From IMG/VR virus record IMGVR_UViG_3300032308_001355, positions 369 to 64,368 of that record: DNA of 64,000 bases; one strand, 5' to 3'. Shown here in pieces: positions 53,197-62,423 of this stretch. The translations under genes were made by a program, and so were the position numbers. The notes below the pieces were generated by a model, which was given only the letters and a program-made list of their open reading frames with translations, did no database searches and was not told where the DNA came from. Every line of letters starts with the position of its first letter. Position 1 is the first letter of the stretch. Source of the stretch: a virus (lineage: Duplodnaviria; Caudoviricetes).

Positions 53197-53847
53197 TTAA
53201 CGTAGTACGGTACGGCCTACTGCGCCGTAGTTGTTATCAGTAAAGAATACGGATAGCCCTTCATGAACAATGTTCAAAGATTCAAAAAGAATTGCCCCAT
53301 CATTTGCGTTTAGGTCCGTATAGCTAAGTTGTGTAATCCAAGCGTTACGTACATCAAATCCTATACGTGGAATCATATTTGTTCCAGCGTTTGGGTGGTC
53401 CATAACCCATAGTTTGATGTTGCAACGGTAGCCCTTAGCGTTGGATGCACCAGCAGAGATACCATCACCAGATACCGCTGCAAATAGTCCACGCATCCAT
53501 GTCATAGCTTGGTCATTTCCATATAGAACACCGCGTTGCATTGTGATAGGTGTGAACGTTGTCATACCTGGGATTTGGTGCACAGTGGTGTTGTAGCCTC
53601 CCTCACGGTATTGAATCGCTTGAGTAGTAATGTTTAATCCGCTAATGGATGTAAAACCACCAATAAATCCTGTAGAGAGGCTGTTAAGGCTAGCTTTAGT
53701 GCTAGCAGTTGATGTTATTTTTGAGCTAAATACGGACTCGCCGTTTAAAGCTGGGTCGCTAAACTCTGCGATGAACCGAAACGAACGTAGCGGGTCAGTT
53801 GCGAGGGTAGAGAAACGATTGATTACGCTATCTGTTGTTGTTGGCAT
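53197..53847 (-). CDS. tail tube protein (gp19-like)
   Basis: DPLR.FRF, GF..ISGL, YREGG, PG.T...ITM.RG, NAW, HEG. Confidence 0.93.
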   Translation of the reverse strand: MPTTTDSVINRFSTLATDPLRSFRFIAEFSDPALNGESVFSSKITSTASTKASLNSLSTGFIGGFTSISGLNITTQAIQYREGGYNTTVHQIPGMTTFTPITMQRGVLYGNDQAMTWMRGLFAAVSGDGISAGASNAKGYRCNIKLWVMDHPNAGTNMIPRIGFDVRNAWITQLSYTDLNANDGAILFESLNIVHEGLSVFFTDNNYGAVGRTVLR

Positions 53848-53863
53848 TTTTCTTTATGTCTCC

Positions 53864-55381
53864 TTACGCCACAGTAACGGTGGTTCCACCGTCAAACTGA
53901 CCAATTTTGATTACAATAAATTCAGCAGGACGTTGTAGTGCAACACCAATTTCAATGTGGACTTCTCCATTATCAATAGTTGCTGGTGTATTAATCGTGT
54001 CATCTACCTTAACAAAGAATGCTTGTTGAGGAATATTTCCACGAAGCCCGCCCTGTGCCCAGAAATTAGTCAAGAAACTAGACACAGTTGAATTAATACG
54101 GCGCCATAGTGCCGCATCGTTTGGCTCAAAGACCGCAAATTGAGTTAGGTCAGAGAGTGCTTTTTGTAAGTAAATAAGTGTGCGACGTGTAGGAACATAC
54201 TTATCTACATAAGCTGGGTTTAGTGTACGTGAACCCATAACTACAATTCCAGAACCTGGAACAAATTTGATTGCGTTAACAGCAGCAGATGCGCTATTAA
54301 GATTATCTAATTCAGCGTTAGTTAGTGTAGTTACTGACACAGCGTTTGCAATTCTAGCTTGCAATCCAGCAGGAGCTTTGAAAACTCCGCGGAAGTTATC
54401 TGTTGAAACAAATAAACCAGCTACAGCTCCACCAGGTCCTACAAGCAAAGTAGTTCCTGTTGCAGCACCAACGCCTTTTGTAGGGTCTGAAATTAAAATG
54501 CGTGGATAATAAACAGCAGCATACCCAGTTGTTGTATAGCTAGCTGCAAGCGTTAACTGATTAGCAACGGTATCGTCTTTACCGTCTACAATTACAAATA
54601 CATCTTTACGTGACGCGGCGTATGAGATTGCCGCGTTTACTGTTGTTGCGTCTGTAAATCCAGCTACGTTTAGAAGCAATGATGAATTAATTACATCAAA
54701 TGAACTAAAATCTGTAACAGATGTAACAGCAGCTCCATTAGCGCCACTAGTTAAAGAACCTGAAGCAACAGCCACTACTGCTGGGTTTCTAGTAGCACCT
54801 GTCGATGCTGATGCGGCATCAGTTGCAATTAGGTAGCGTGAGCCAGCATTAATAACCGAAGGTGCGTATCGAGCATCAGTTGAGGTCATGCACAAGTCTG
54901 TAAACTTTTCAACAATGTATGGGGCTGTAATTCCACCAAAGTACACCGTTAAATCAAAGTAACCAGTTTTAGCTGAATTAGTAATTTCAAAAGAAATTCC
55001 ATAATATGCTCCGCTGTTTACTGACCATGTGCCAGGGTTAATAGCGGTAAGGGTTAATGTGTCATCTGGTGAAACAGCACGGTCTTGAAGAGTACGTGCG
55101 GCCGAAGCTGCTCCAGTACCAACTACGCGCTTAACGTAAGTTTGGCTTCCACCATTTGCAAAAAACATATATACCGCAAGCGCTAAATTGTTGCTTGCTG
55201 TTGTGTTCCAAGACCCATACTTATTTACATAGTCGCTCCATGAAGTAACTAGAGTTGGGGCAAGGGGTCCACGGTCATTAGGTCCAACAAAAGCTCCAAC
55301 TGTATTTGAGTTGAGTCCTGTTGTTGGTTGAGTAGGGTTTAACGTTTCTTCTACGTATACCCCAGGGCGGTCATATGCCAT
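53864..55381 (-). CDS. contractile tail sheath protein
   Basis: RPGVYVEE, FFANGG, RGVFKAPAG, FEPND, PAEFIVI. Confidence 0.96.
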   Translation of the reverse strand: MAYDRPGVYVEETLNPTQPTTGLNSNTVGAFVGPNDRGPLAPTLVTSWSDYVNKYGSWNTTASNNLALAVYMFFANGGSQTYVKRVVGTGAASAARTLQDRAVSPDDTLTLTAINPGTWSVNSGAYYGISFEITNSAKTGYFDLTVYFGGITAPYIVEKFTDLCMTSTDARYAPSVINAGSRYLIATDAASASTGATRNPAVVAVASGSLTSGANGAAVTSVTDFSSFDVINSSLLLNVAGFTDATTVNAAISYAASRKDVFVIVDGKDDTVANQLTLAASYTTTGYAAVYYPRILISDPTKGVGAATGTTLLVGPGGAVAGLFVSTDNFRGVFKAPAGLQARIANAVSVTTLTNAELDNLNSASAAVNAIKFVPGSGIVVMGSRTLNPAYVDKYVPTRRTLIYLQKALSDLTQFAVFEPNDAALWRRINSTVSSFLTNFWAQGGLRGNIPQQAFFVKVDDTINTPATIDNGEVHIEIGVALQRPAEFIVIKIGQFDGGTTVTVA

Positions 55382-55425
55382 TAGATAGTCTCCTTAGTTT
55401 TAATCATTAGTTCCATGTTTTAACT

Positions 55426-56043
55426 CTAGTAGTTTCCAGTTAGGGTGTACGAAATGGTGTCAATATTTACTGTTTGAACAGAAGGAATTAGTTCCGCAGC
55501 AACAGCTGGAGACATTTCGCTTACTATTCTAACGGTAAGTGTGTTGCGCAAAAGACGTCGGTTACCCGTCTCGCCTTCAGTAGCATCACGTTTTACAAAT
55601 CCATCAAGGAACATAGAACGATACGCAGTCTCTGTCCCTAATTGGTTAGGTACTGCTAGCTTTCCATATTTTGACGGAAACTTATTTAATAACTGATACA
55701 TTATTGAGCGGTCATGCCGCGGGTGGCGAGAATAAGATGTAATTTGATAAACGAGGTCGTACGCTACTGGAACCGTATATCCGTAATAAGAATCTGGTTC
55801 TGCGGCAATTGTCCCTTGAAAATCATTGTCATATTGAATGCCTGATGTTTGGCGATTATTAGCTGGAATAATATCAATTAAATCAATTGTAATAAATGGA
55901 AAAGCCTGGTCTCTAGCCTCTACGTCAGGGTAGCCAAACCATACTTTTACGGTCCGTGGGCTTTCTACGTTATCACTAACTGTAATACCTTGACAAAGAG
56001 TTTTAAGAGATAGGTCCTCCGCAATAATAAATTGGTTTCCCAT
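55426..56043 (-). CDS. tail terminator / sheath stabiliser-like protein
   Basis: FPFITI, PV.YDL.YQ; directly upstream of sheath. Confidence 0.65.
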   Translation of the reverse strand: MGNQFIIAEDLSLKTLCQGITVSDNVESPRTVKVWFGYPDVEARDQAFPFITIDLIDIIPANNRQTSGIQYDNDFQGTIAAEPDSYYGYTVPVAYDLVYQITSYSRHPRHDRSIMYQLLNKFPSKYGKLAVPNQLGTETAYRSMFLDGFVKRDATEGETGNRRLLRNTLTVRIVSEMSPAVAAELIPSVQTVNIDTISYTLTGNY

Positions 56044-56378
56044 TAAATTACCCCCTCCGCATCTAATATTAAGTCAAGAGTGCGGGATACCAATACATCC
56101 CCTATGTAAGCCTCACTATTATAAACAAATGGGCGAATTACAGGATTAGGCAAACCATACGGTTTGCCGTACTCAAGGTCATCAATTTCTGAGGAGAGCT
56201 CGTCTGGATACTTTACTAAAAGGCTGCTTCCATCAAATGTAACTATTAAAGACCCAACAATGCGCTCAGGCCATCCAGCAGCTCTTGCATGCTCTTGTAA
56301 ATTATCTTGTAATATAGGTTGAAGGACCTGGGCTGCATCAGATGCAGCAAACTGTAGGTTACGGTCTTGTGAGTACAT
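56043..56378 (-). CDS. neck/tail completion protein (putative)
   Basis: LEYG...P.P.IRPF motif. Confidence 0.55.
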   Translation of the reverse strand: MYSQDRNLQFAASDAAQVLQPILQDNLQEHARAAGWPERIVGSLIVTFDGSSLLVKYPDELSSEIDDLEYGKPYGLPNPVIRPFVYNSEAYIGDVLVSRTLDLILDAEGVI

Positions 56379-56517
56379 TACGTATCGCTTTATATAGGAG
56401 ATATGCGGCCCCAAGTTCGTACACTGTGCGCACGTTTGTTTGGTCGCTAGGGAAGTGTTTGGTCATTCCCTTTATAAGCCCCACCTCATCGGTAGGCTTA
56501 AGCACTTTGTCAGACAT
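56359..56517 (-). CDS. small hypothetical protein (52 aa, not in ORF track)
   Basis: MSDKVLKPTDEVG...; RBS AGGAG. Confidence 0.55.
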   Translation of the reverse strand: MSDKVLKPTDEVGLIKGMTKHFPSDQTNVRTVYELGAAYLLYKAIRNVLTRP

Positions 56518-56596
56518 GACAAACTCCTAAATAAGCAATGTGAAGCGCAAGTGTACTACATTGTTCCCCGCATGAGAACTACTATAAGAGTAAAGC

Positions 56597-56618
56597 AAAA
56601 GAGCCCCTTTCGGGGCTC
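56597..56618 (-). terminator. intrinsic terminator
   Basis: GAGCCCC-GAAA-GGGGCTC-TTTT. Confidence 0.85.
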
Positions 56619-56624
56619 AAATGC

Positions 56625-56858
56625 TTACTTCTTTTTGTCATCCTTATTGGACTTTTTAATCTTTTTAATAATCTTGGCATCAATCTTCTTATCTTCAGCC
56701 ATTGTCTTAGGCTTTTTTTTAGCTCCGTGAGCTTTGTCAGCCTTTTCAAACTTAGCCTTTTCGTCCTTGTCAAAGCCCGCCTTCTTAAGCATTTTGGCGT
56801 CCTTCTTCTTGTCCTTGGCTTCTGTATATTTACCTGAACTAAATCCCATAGCGGCCAT
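56625..56858 (-). CDS. Lys-rich microprotein 4
   Basis: KDKKKDAK..., DKKIDAKIIKK. Confidence 0.75.
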   Translation of the reverse strand: MAAMGFSSGKYTEAKDKKKDAKMLKKAGFDKDEKAKFEKADKAHGAKKKPKTMAEDKKIDAKIIKKIKKSNKDDKKK

Positions 56859-57001
56859 TACATTCCCTTCTTTCTTACCATAGAAGACTTGTTAGACTTT
56901 GCAGGAGCAGCTTTCTTGGCAGCAAACTTCTTGTTCGCTGCTTGTAGTGTTTTCATCCCGTGCTTGTCTTTTGGCTTCATACAGCCGCAGGTCGCGCACA
57001 T
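56858..57001 (-). CDS. Lys-rich microprotein 3 (47 aa, not in ORF track)
   Basis: MCATCGCMKPKDKHG...AAKKAAPAK; TAATG overlaps. Confidence 0.7.
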   Translation of the reverse strand: MCATCGCMKPKDKHGMKTLQAANKKFAAKKAAPAKSNKSSMVRKKGM

Positions 57002-57177
57002 TACTTTTTCTTCTTACGTAGGGCAGCGAAGTCAGAACCTTCTAGCTTTCCGTCTTTGTCTACATCAAGCTTCTTCTGCTTTGGGGACATTTTCTTTGGA
57101 GCCGCTTTCTTTGCAGTCTTCTTGCAAGCACCCTTACAGCCTGGCTTTGAACAACCACATCCACATGATTTGCACAT
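57001..57177 (-). CDS. Cys/Lys-rich microprotein 2 with EF-hand-like loop (58 aa, not in ORF track)
   Basis: MCKSCGCGCSKPGCKGACKK...DVDKDGKLEGSDF. Confidence 0.7.
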   Translation of the reverse strand: MCKSCGCGCSKPGCKGACKKTAKKAAPKKMSPKQKKLDVDKDGKLEGSDFAALRKKKK

Positions 57178-57178
57178 A

Positions 57179-57322
57179 CTATTTTCCTACTTTCTTTTGG
57201 GTAGTTTTCTTTACTTTCTTTGGAAGCTTCTTCCCTTTTGGGGTTTTATCTTCCCATTCCTTAGCCATTTCTGGATGCTGAGCATACATAAATTTTCGTT
57301 GAGATTGTGACTTGAATGGCAT
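57179..57322 (-). CDS. Lys-rich microprotein 1 (47 aa, not in ORF track)
   Basis: MPFKSQSQRKFMYAQHPEMAKEWEDKTPKGKKLPKKV. Confidence 0.75.
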   Translation of the reverse strand: MPFKSQSQRKFMYAQHPEMAKEWEDKTPKGKKLPKKVKKTTQKKVGK

Positions 57323-57324
57323 AA

Positions 57325-57861
57325 TTATAACGGATTATCTGAAAAGTCATAGAACTGAGGGTCATTAACCATTTCTTCTGGCATGACTTGTTGACACTCA
57401 ACCACAAGTAAGGTAAATCCTTCACTAATAATACCGCGCTGTTGGACGTTGAATGGTCGATAGACTTGGTTTTTCCAAACAACACGGCTACGGTTTTGGT
57501 CATCTGGATTTGTCATAACCCCTGGGGCAATAGATTCAATATCTTTAGAGTTAATAGTAAGGTGCAAAGTATCGGCGTTATAAAAACCAGCTTGTGAAAT
57601 CTTTGTACTGCCTTGGCTAATAACAGCTTTAATAAGTGGAATTTTAAATGGTCCGTGCCACACTTTTCCGTCCGTGGCGAGCTCAGCTACGTTATTTCCA
57701 ACATCGTAGATTGGGTCAAGTGCTGAGTTAACCTCATCGTAGATATACCAAAGCGCGCTTGTACCAACTGGGTTTTTAAGGTCCATGTCAATCCCTGTGA
57801 ATATAGACTGCGCCTCAAAATCACTAGTAAATCGGCCACCAGGGCTGCAGGCTCTGCTCAT
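57325..57861 (-). CDS. putative head-closure / head-tail joining protein
   Basis: DPIYDVG, GFY..D.L, beta-barrel pattern; neck-region position. Confidence 0.6.
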   Translation of the reverse strand: MSRACSPGGRFTSDFEAQSIFTGIDMDLKNPVGTSALWYIYDEVNSALDPIYDVGNNVAELATDGKVWHGPFKIPLIKAVISQGSTKISQAGFYNADTLHLTINSKDIESIAPGVMTNPDDQNRSRVVWKNQVYRPFNVQQRGIISEGFTLLVVECQQVMPEEMVNDPQFYDFSDNPL

Positions 57862-57866
57862 GTATA

Positions 57867-59135
57867 CTAGTGTAAAGTTAAATCCTGAGAAAAACACTCC
57901 TTATTACGAGAAGCAAGGGCTGGGTTTACCCATACCTGGTCTTCCATTTTGTTTCCCCATTCGTGAGAGGTATCTACCAACACAAACCCATTGCCGTTCA
58001 TAAACTCAACAATCTTATCTGTTGGCATGTGGTCGGGGTGAAGTGACTCCCTCTCAGTCTCTATATGAAAGAGCTTTACATCTTTAAGGCGCTCCCCAAA
58101 GCTGTGTAGTACTTGCCAGCTATGCCCCTCTGTATCAATCTTAATTACATCAATAATGCCTTCAATGTCTTTAAGCAGTGTATCCATACGAGTTGAGGGG
58201 ACCTTTATTGCCTCAACCTTTCCTTCATAAAAAGAAGCAGGTGGGTCAATAGACGTGTCTTTGCTCATAATAGAAGATGTACCCAATACCTCAATATTAT
58301 CTGTTTTAACTTGGTTAAATAAAACCTCACCGTCGGTATCAGACACTGCTGTGTGCCTAATGTCCATCCACGGGTATCGCCCTTTAACAATGTTAATACA
58401 TACTGGGCTTGCATCAATAGCTACTACTTTTTGCCCGTATAGCTCTTTGTAAAGGTAGTTGGCGTCATCACCGTCACGAGTACCTACATCAATAATATTT
58501 GTAGCCTTAGTGCCAAAGTACTTACGGTAATTAGATACAACAGTTTCTAGTGGGTTTACATAACTAGGTGTATCGTCAACTGTGTTTAAGTTGTTATGAA
58601 TAGCTGAACGGTACACCTGATTTATATCTTCTTTTAATAGTTCTTTGAATATATTAATCGCTTCATCTTTTCGCCCTACCCACCAACCACTTACGGCTTT
58701 TTCAAATCGCAACCCATATTCACCTGGATAATCAACCCACACTGGTAAGGGACCAGACTTAAGTTTTCCAAAAGACAATCCTACTTCAGCGGCTGTGTAG
58801 GATTCTTGCCACTTTTGATTACGCTCGTACCAACGAGCTAAAAGAAACCAAGCCTCTGGTCTAGAAGGGATGTAAGCAATAGCTTTTAAGTAAAGATTAA
58901 CTACAGTATTCTCTCTATTTTTTTGGCTACTAAAACAGTGCGCAGATTTTAAAAGAGATGCGTACACATGCTCAGGGTGTGAGTAGTACCCATACTCTGC
59001 TGTACGAAGGTAGAAAGACACAGCAGATGCGGTCTGCCCAATATTTTCGTACTCAATAGCAATTTGTAAGCTAAGAGTGGGGTTAAACGGGTCGTTAGAT
59101 AATGAAACTATTAGGCTGTTTATACGGTTATACAT
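57867..59135 (-). CDS. TPR domain fused to FkbM-family methyltransferase
   Basis: TPR helices (P.RPEA); IIDVG...G, AVSD..G, IKIDTEG. Confidence 0.85.
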   Translation of the reverse strand: MYNRINSLIVSLSNDPFNPTLSLQIAIEYENIGQTASAVSFYLRTAEYGYYSHPEHVYASLLKSAHCFSSQKNRENTVVNLYLKAIAYIPSRPEAWFLLARWYERNQKWQESYTAAEVGLSFGKLKSGPLPVWVDYPGEYGLRFEKAVSGWWVGRKDEAINIFKELLKEDINQVYRSAIHNNLNTVDDTPSYVNPLETVVSNYRKYFGTKATNIIDVGTRDGDDANYLYKELYGQKVVAIDASPVCINIVKGRYPWMDIRHTAVSDTDGEVLFNQVKTDNIEVLGTSSIMSKDTSIDPPASFYEGKVEAIKVPSTRMDTLLKDIEGIIDVIKIDTEGHSWQVLHSFGERLKDVKLFHIETERESLHPDHMPTDKIVEFMNGNGFVLVDTSHEWGNKMEDQVWVNPALASRNKECFSQDLTLH

Positions 59136-60126
59136 TGATAGCCTCCGCAATTAAAGTATCTACTAGGTCTCCAGGAACCTCTAAAACAAATGCTGCGTTA
59201 TCTTGGAACCCAAAGCTAATAAGTAGTTTGCCGTCATACTCAGCGGCGCCCGCGCAAAACTCAATCTGACCATCTAGGAAAGACCAAGACTCCTTAGATA
59301 AACCTATAAGTTCAAAGTCTTCATTCCATACACATAAACGATGGCGGTATGTACCGTTTTTTTGCTTAAGGTAGTTCTTAAACAAAACTACCTCATGAGT
59401 AATAGCAATGTAGTACTCGCCCCATTTAATTACTTGAGAGCCTCCGCGTTGGTCAGCGTTAGCCCACTTACCTTCTTTAACAGAGACCTGTTTGCATTTA
59501 GGCTCATTAGGGTCAGCCTCTACAACCTCTGTGGGGACGGTCCACTTAATGTATTGGAACTTCCTATTTAAGATAGGCATCCAATTCTTCTCACAGTAGG
59601 AGTTTTCATCAATAGGCGCTGGTACTCGGACTCTAGATACTTCTTTAGCTGTCCACTTGTCTTTGTCTATTTCAAGCTTAGACAGCTCCATGCGACCCTG
59701 CCCATTAGTCGTAGTATCTCGGCGCACACCAGTGCCATAGTACTCACCGTCCCACTTAACTAAGCGCGCATCCTCTAGCCCAACAAAAGTCCAAATAGGT
59801 TTAACATCTAAGGTAGAGGTATCAATAGAGCAGTAGTTAATAATGTTTAGGTCTTTGTCAAGGCGAAGAAGATAGTTGTCTGTTACTAGGCGCTGGTCCT
59901 CTTCTGGGTGCAGGTATGACAAGGGGCCCCAGATGCTAGGAAATCTTTGATTATTTTCCGCATGGTATAGAGTGTAGTTAATGTGGCGTAGGATACAAAG
60001 AATATCCCCATCTTCATCTATAAAGATGGATGGGTTCATTAGACCAGTACCGCCAGTTATAGTAGAAGGGATTATAAGTGGTCTTAATTTGCCACCCGCT
60101 ATTACCGATTTTTGCACCAAATTCAT
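59128..60126 (-). CDS. five-bladed beta-propeller glycosidase/phosphorylase-like (GH130-like)
   Basis: NPSI, GLEDARL, EKNWMP, RGGS, IEFCAG, SFG.QD. Confidence 0.8.
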   Translation of the reverse strand: MNLVQKSVIAGGKLRPLIIPSTITGGTGLMNPSIFIDEDGDILCILRHINYTLYHAENNQRFPSIWGPLSYLHPEEDQRLVTDNYLLRLDKDLNIINYCSIDTSTLDVKPIWTFVGLEDARLVKWDGEYYGTGVRRDTTTNGQGRMELSKLEIDKDKWTAKEVSRVRVPAPIDENSYCEKNWMPILNRKFQYIKWTVPTEVVEADPNEPKCKQVSVKEGKWANADQRGGSQVIKWGEYYIAITHEVVLFKNYLKQKNGTYRHRLCVWNEDFELIGLSKESWSFLDGQIEFCAGAAEYDGKLLISFGFQDNAAFVLEVPGDLVDTLIAEAINV

Positions 60127-60194
60127 ACCCGAAAGTGTACACCAGAATGCATAAAATGTTGGCATTTTACTATTAGTTTGATACAGTACCTCTT

Positions 60195-60875
60195 ATGGAA
60201 AATAACAAAGTACCTCATTTTAATGTAGTTTTTGCAACCCCTGGTAGCTCGATGCTCCCAGGTTATGTACGAAGTCTTTTGCTAAGCACATACTATTTAA
60301 CACAACGGGGCATGACTTGGAACTTTTTAACAGAATACTCTTCACTTGTAGCACATGCGCGTGAAAAAACTATAGGTGGCACGGGCTATCAAGATAAAAG
60401 CAATCGTAAGCCTGGTCATGGTCAATTTACTTATGATGTAATTGTGTGGATTGATTCTGACATTGCTTGGCTTCCAGAAGATTTATTCCGCCTTATTGAA
60501 CATGAAGAAGATGTAGTTTCTGGTTGCTATATGATGGAAAACGGAGAAGTGACTGTTTATCCAGAGGCTCTTAAGAGCGGCATGCGGGCTGAAGAGATTA
60601 TGAAATTAAAAAAACCTTTTGAAGTACGTGGTGTTGGGTTTGGGTTCTTAGCAGTTAAATCAGGTATTTTTGAAAAGTTAGAACGACCTTGGTTCTCTCA
60701 AGTTGAAGTTGAAGTTAAAAATGAAGAAACTGGTGAGGTTGAGTACAAATTCCCACTCATGGGAGAGGACCTGTCTTGGTGCGAAAAAGTTCACCGTACT
60801 GGAACTAAAATTTGGGTAGACCCACTTATTCGCGTTACACATCATAAACAAATTAAATTAGAGTGGCCTCGTTAA
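60195..60875 (+). CDS. GT-A fold glycosyltransferase
   Basis: WIDSDI, VSGCY, GFGF.AVK..IFE, GED.SWC, H.K. Confidence 0.85.
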   Translation: MENNKVPHFNVVFATPGSSMLPGYVRSLLLSTYYLTQRGMTWNFLTEYSSLVAHAREKTIGGTGYQDKSNRKPGHGQFTYDVIVWIDSDIAWLPEDLFRLIEHEEDVVSGCYMMENGEVTVYPEALKSGMRAEEIMKLKKPFEVRGVGFGFLAVKSGIFEKLERPWFSQVEVEVKNEETGEVEYKFPLMGEDLSWCEKVHRTGTKIWVDPLIRVTHHKQIKLEWPR

Positions 60876-61387
60876 TGCCAGATTCTAACCCAGAAACAAA
60901 ACCATGGATTGCTGAGCATATTTCTAAAATTAAACCAAAAACTGTTTTAGATGTCGGGGCAGGTAGGGGTTTATATTTAAATTTATTGTACGATGTTCTT
61001 GGTAAAGAAAACGTTCACGTAACCGCGGTTGAGGTATGGGAAGACTACATACAATTTTTCATGCTTAAAATGCGGTATGACGTTCTTATTAAAGAAGATG
61101 TACGAAAAATGAATGATTTTAAATATGATTTAGTTATACTTGGGGATGTGCTCGAGCATATGTCTAAAGAAGATGCTATAGAGCTTTGGAATAAGATAAG
61201 CAAACAAGCTAAATACGCCATAATAGCTATTCCAATCATTTACCACCCGCAGGAAGCAGTTAACGGCAACCCATACGAGGTACATGTAAAAGAAGACTGG
61301 ACTACCCAAGAGGTACTTGACAGTTTTTCTGGTATTGTTGACCACGCTGAGTTCTCAGTATGTGGTGCATTTATAGCTAAATTTTAA
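60875..61387 (+). CDS. class I SAM-dependent methyltransferase
   Basis: VLDVGAGRG, YDLVILGDVLEH. Confidence 0.9.
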   Translation: MPDSNPETKPWIAEHISKIKPKTVLDVGAGRGLYLNLLYDVLGKENVHVTAVEVWEDYIQFFMLKMRYDVLIKEDVRKMNDFKYDLVILGDVLEHMSKEDAIELWNKISKQAKYAIIAIPIIYHPQEAVNGNPYEVHVKEDWTTQEVLDSFSGIVDHAEFSVCGAFIAKF

Positions 61388-61395
61388 GGAGATAT

Positions 61396-61524
61396 ATGGA
61401 AATCTACGAGCGACCAGGTTGGGGACACCCATCACCAGTTATAAATCCAAGTCAACCAATTATTGAAGAGGCTATTGAAACCGCGCCCGAAGAAGAACCG
61501 ACTGACGAAAACCCAAAGGAGTAA
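61396..61524 (+). CDS. acidic Pro-rich microprotein (42 aa)
   Basis: RBS AAGGAG; MEIYERPGWGHPSP... Confidence 0.55.
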   Translation: MEIYERPGWGHPSPVINPSQPIIEEAIETAPEEEPTDENPKE

Positions 61525-61526
61525 AA

Positions 61527-62423
61527 ATGACAGAACGTCTTATGCCTAAAGGTGGCTCTGACATAATGTTAGATGGCTTAAAGCGCCACGTTAATTTAGA
61601 CGGAATCAACATTATTCAATCAGTATGTAGGGAAAACCTTATTGATTTAGATAAAAAAAACATATTGTGGCAGCACCTTCCTGCAGACCAACTATATGTT
61701 CAAGGCATAAGAGATAAATATTTTCAGCGACAACTAGATGCAACAGTTATGGTATCTAATTGGCAACATGAGCGCTATCGCCTTATGCATCAAATACCCT
61801 TAAATAATGTATTTGTTATAAAAAATGCAATTGAGCCTATAGAGTTTATTCCACGTTCAAATGATAAAGTAAAGGTTATTTACGCATCTGCCCCTTATAG
61901 AGGATTAGATGTTATGTTAGCCGCTTTTGAATACTTAAATAGAGATGATGTAGAACTAGACGTTTACTCCTCTACTATTATCTATGGTTCTGATTATGTA
62001 GAGTATGAAGGTGATAAGTATGAGCCTTTATTTCAAAAAGCCCGAGAATTAAAGAACGTTAGCTATAAAGGCTATGCTCCTCACGATAATCTTATTAAAG
62101 CACTACAAAACGCAGATATCCTTGCTTATCCCTGCACTTTTGAAGAGACATCTTGTCTAACCGCTATTGAGGGTTTAGCCGCAGGTTGTCAAGTAATAAC
62201 TACAAATATTGGCGCGCTACCAGAGACGGGTTCAGAGTTCTCTACACTTGTTCCTATTCAGTCTACTTACGCCGATATAGTTATGTCTTTTGCAGCATCA
62301 CTTAACACTTTAATTGATAACGCTAAAAATTTTGATGGCAGGTACCAATCAGAGTTTTACAACAAGATGTATGGTTGGGAAAAACGCACTAAAGAATGGA
62401 ATGATTTGCTTAATAGGATTTAA
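61527..62423 (+). CDS. GT-B (GT4-like) glycosyltransferase
   Basis: GGS, VS.WQ, I.NAI, PYRGLD, YP..FEETSC...EGLAAG. Confidence 0.9.
   Translation: MTERLMPKGGSDIMLDGLKRHVNLDGINIIQSVCRENLIDLDKKNILWQHLPADQLYVQGIRDKYFQRQLDATVMVSNWQHERYRLMHQIPLNNVFVIKNAIEPIEFIPRSNDKVKVIYASAPYRGLDVMLAAFEYLNRDDVELDVYSSTIIYGSDYVEYEGDKYEPLFQKARELKNVSYKGYAPHDNLIKALQNADILAYPCTFEETSCLTAIEGLAAGCQVITTNIGALPETGSEFSTLVPIQSTYADIVMSFAASLNTLIDNAKNFDGRYQSEFYNKMYGWEKRTKEWNDLLNRI

Noticed and set aside
42840-56043. Bacterial extracellular contractile injection system rather than phage tail
   Set aside because: It is contiguous with a full phage replisome, tRNA, neck genes and an early region, with no bacterial housekeeping context.
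289-61345. Many short antisense or alternate-frame ORFs in the track (e.g. 1571..1771, 9322..9582, 15678..15980, 22542..23000, 38728..39060, 56889..57281)
   Set aside because: They overlap well-supported genes or the tRNA, lack RBSs and show no motifs; treated as shadows.
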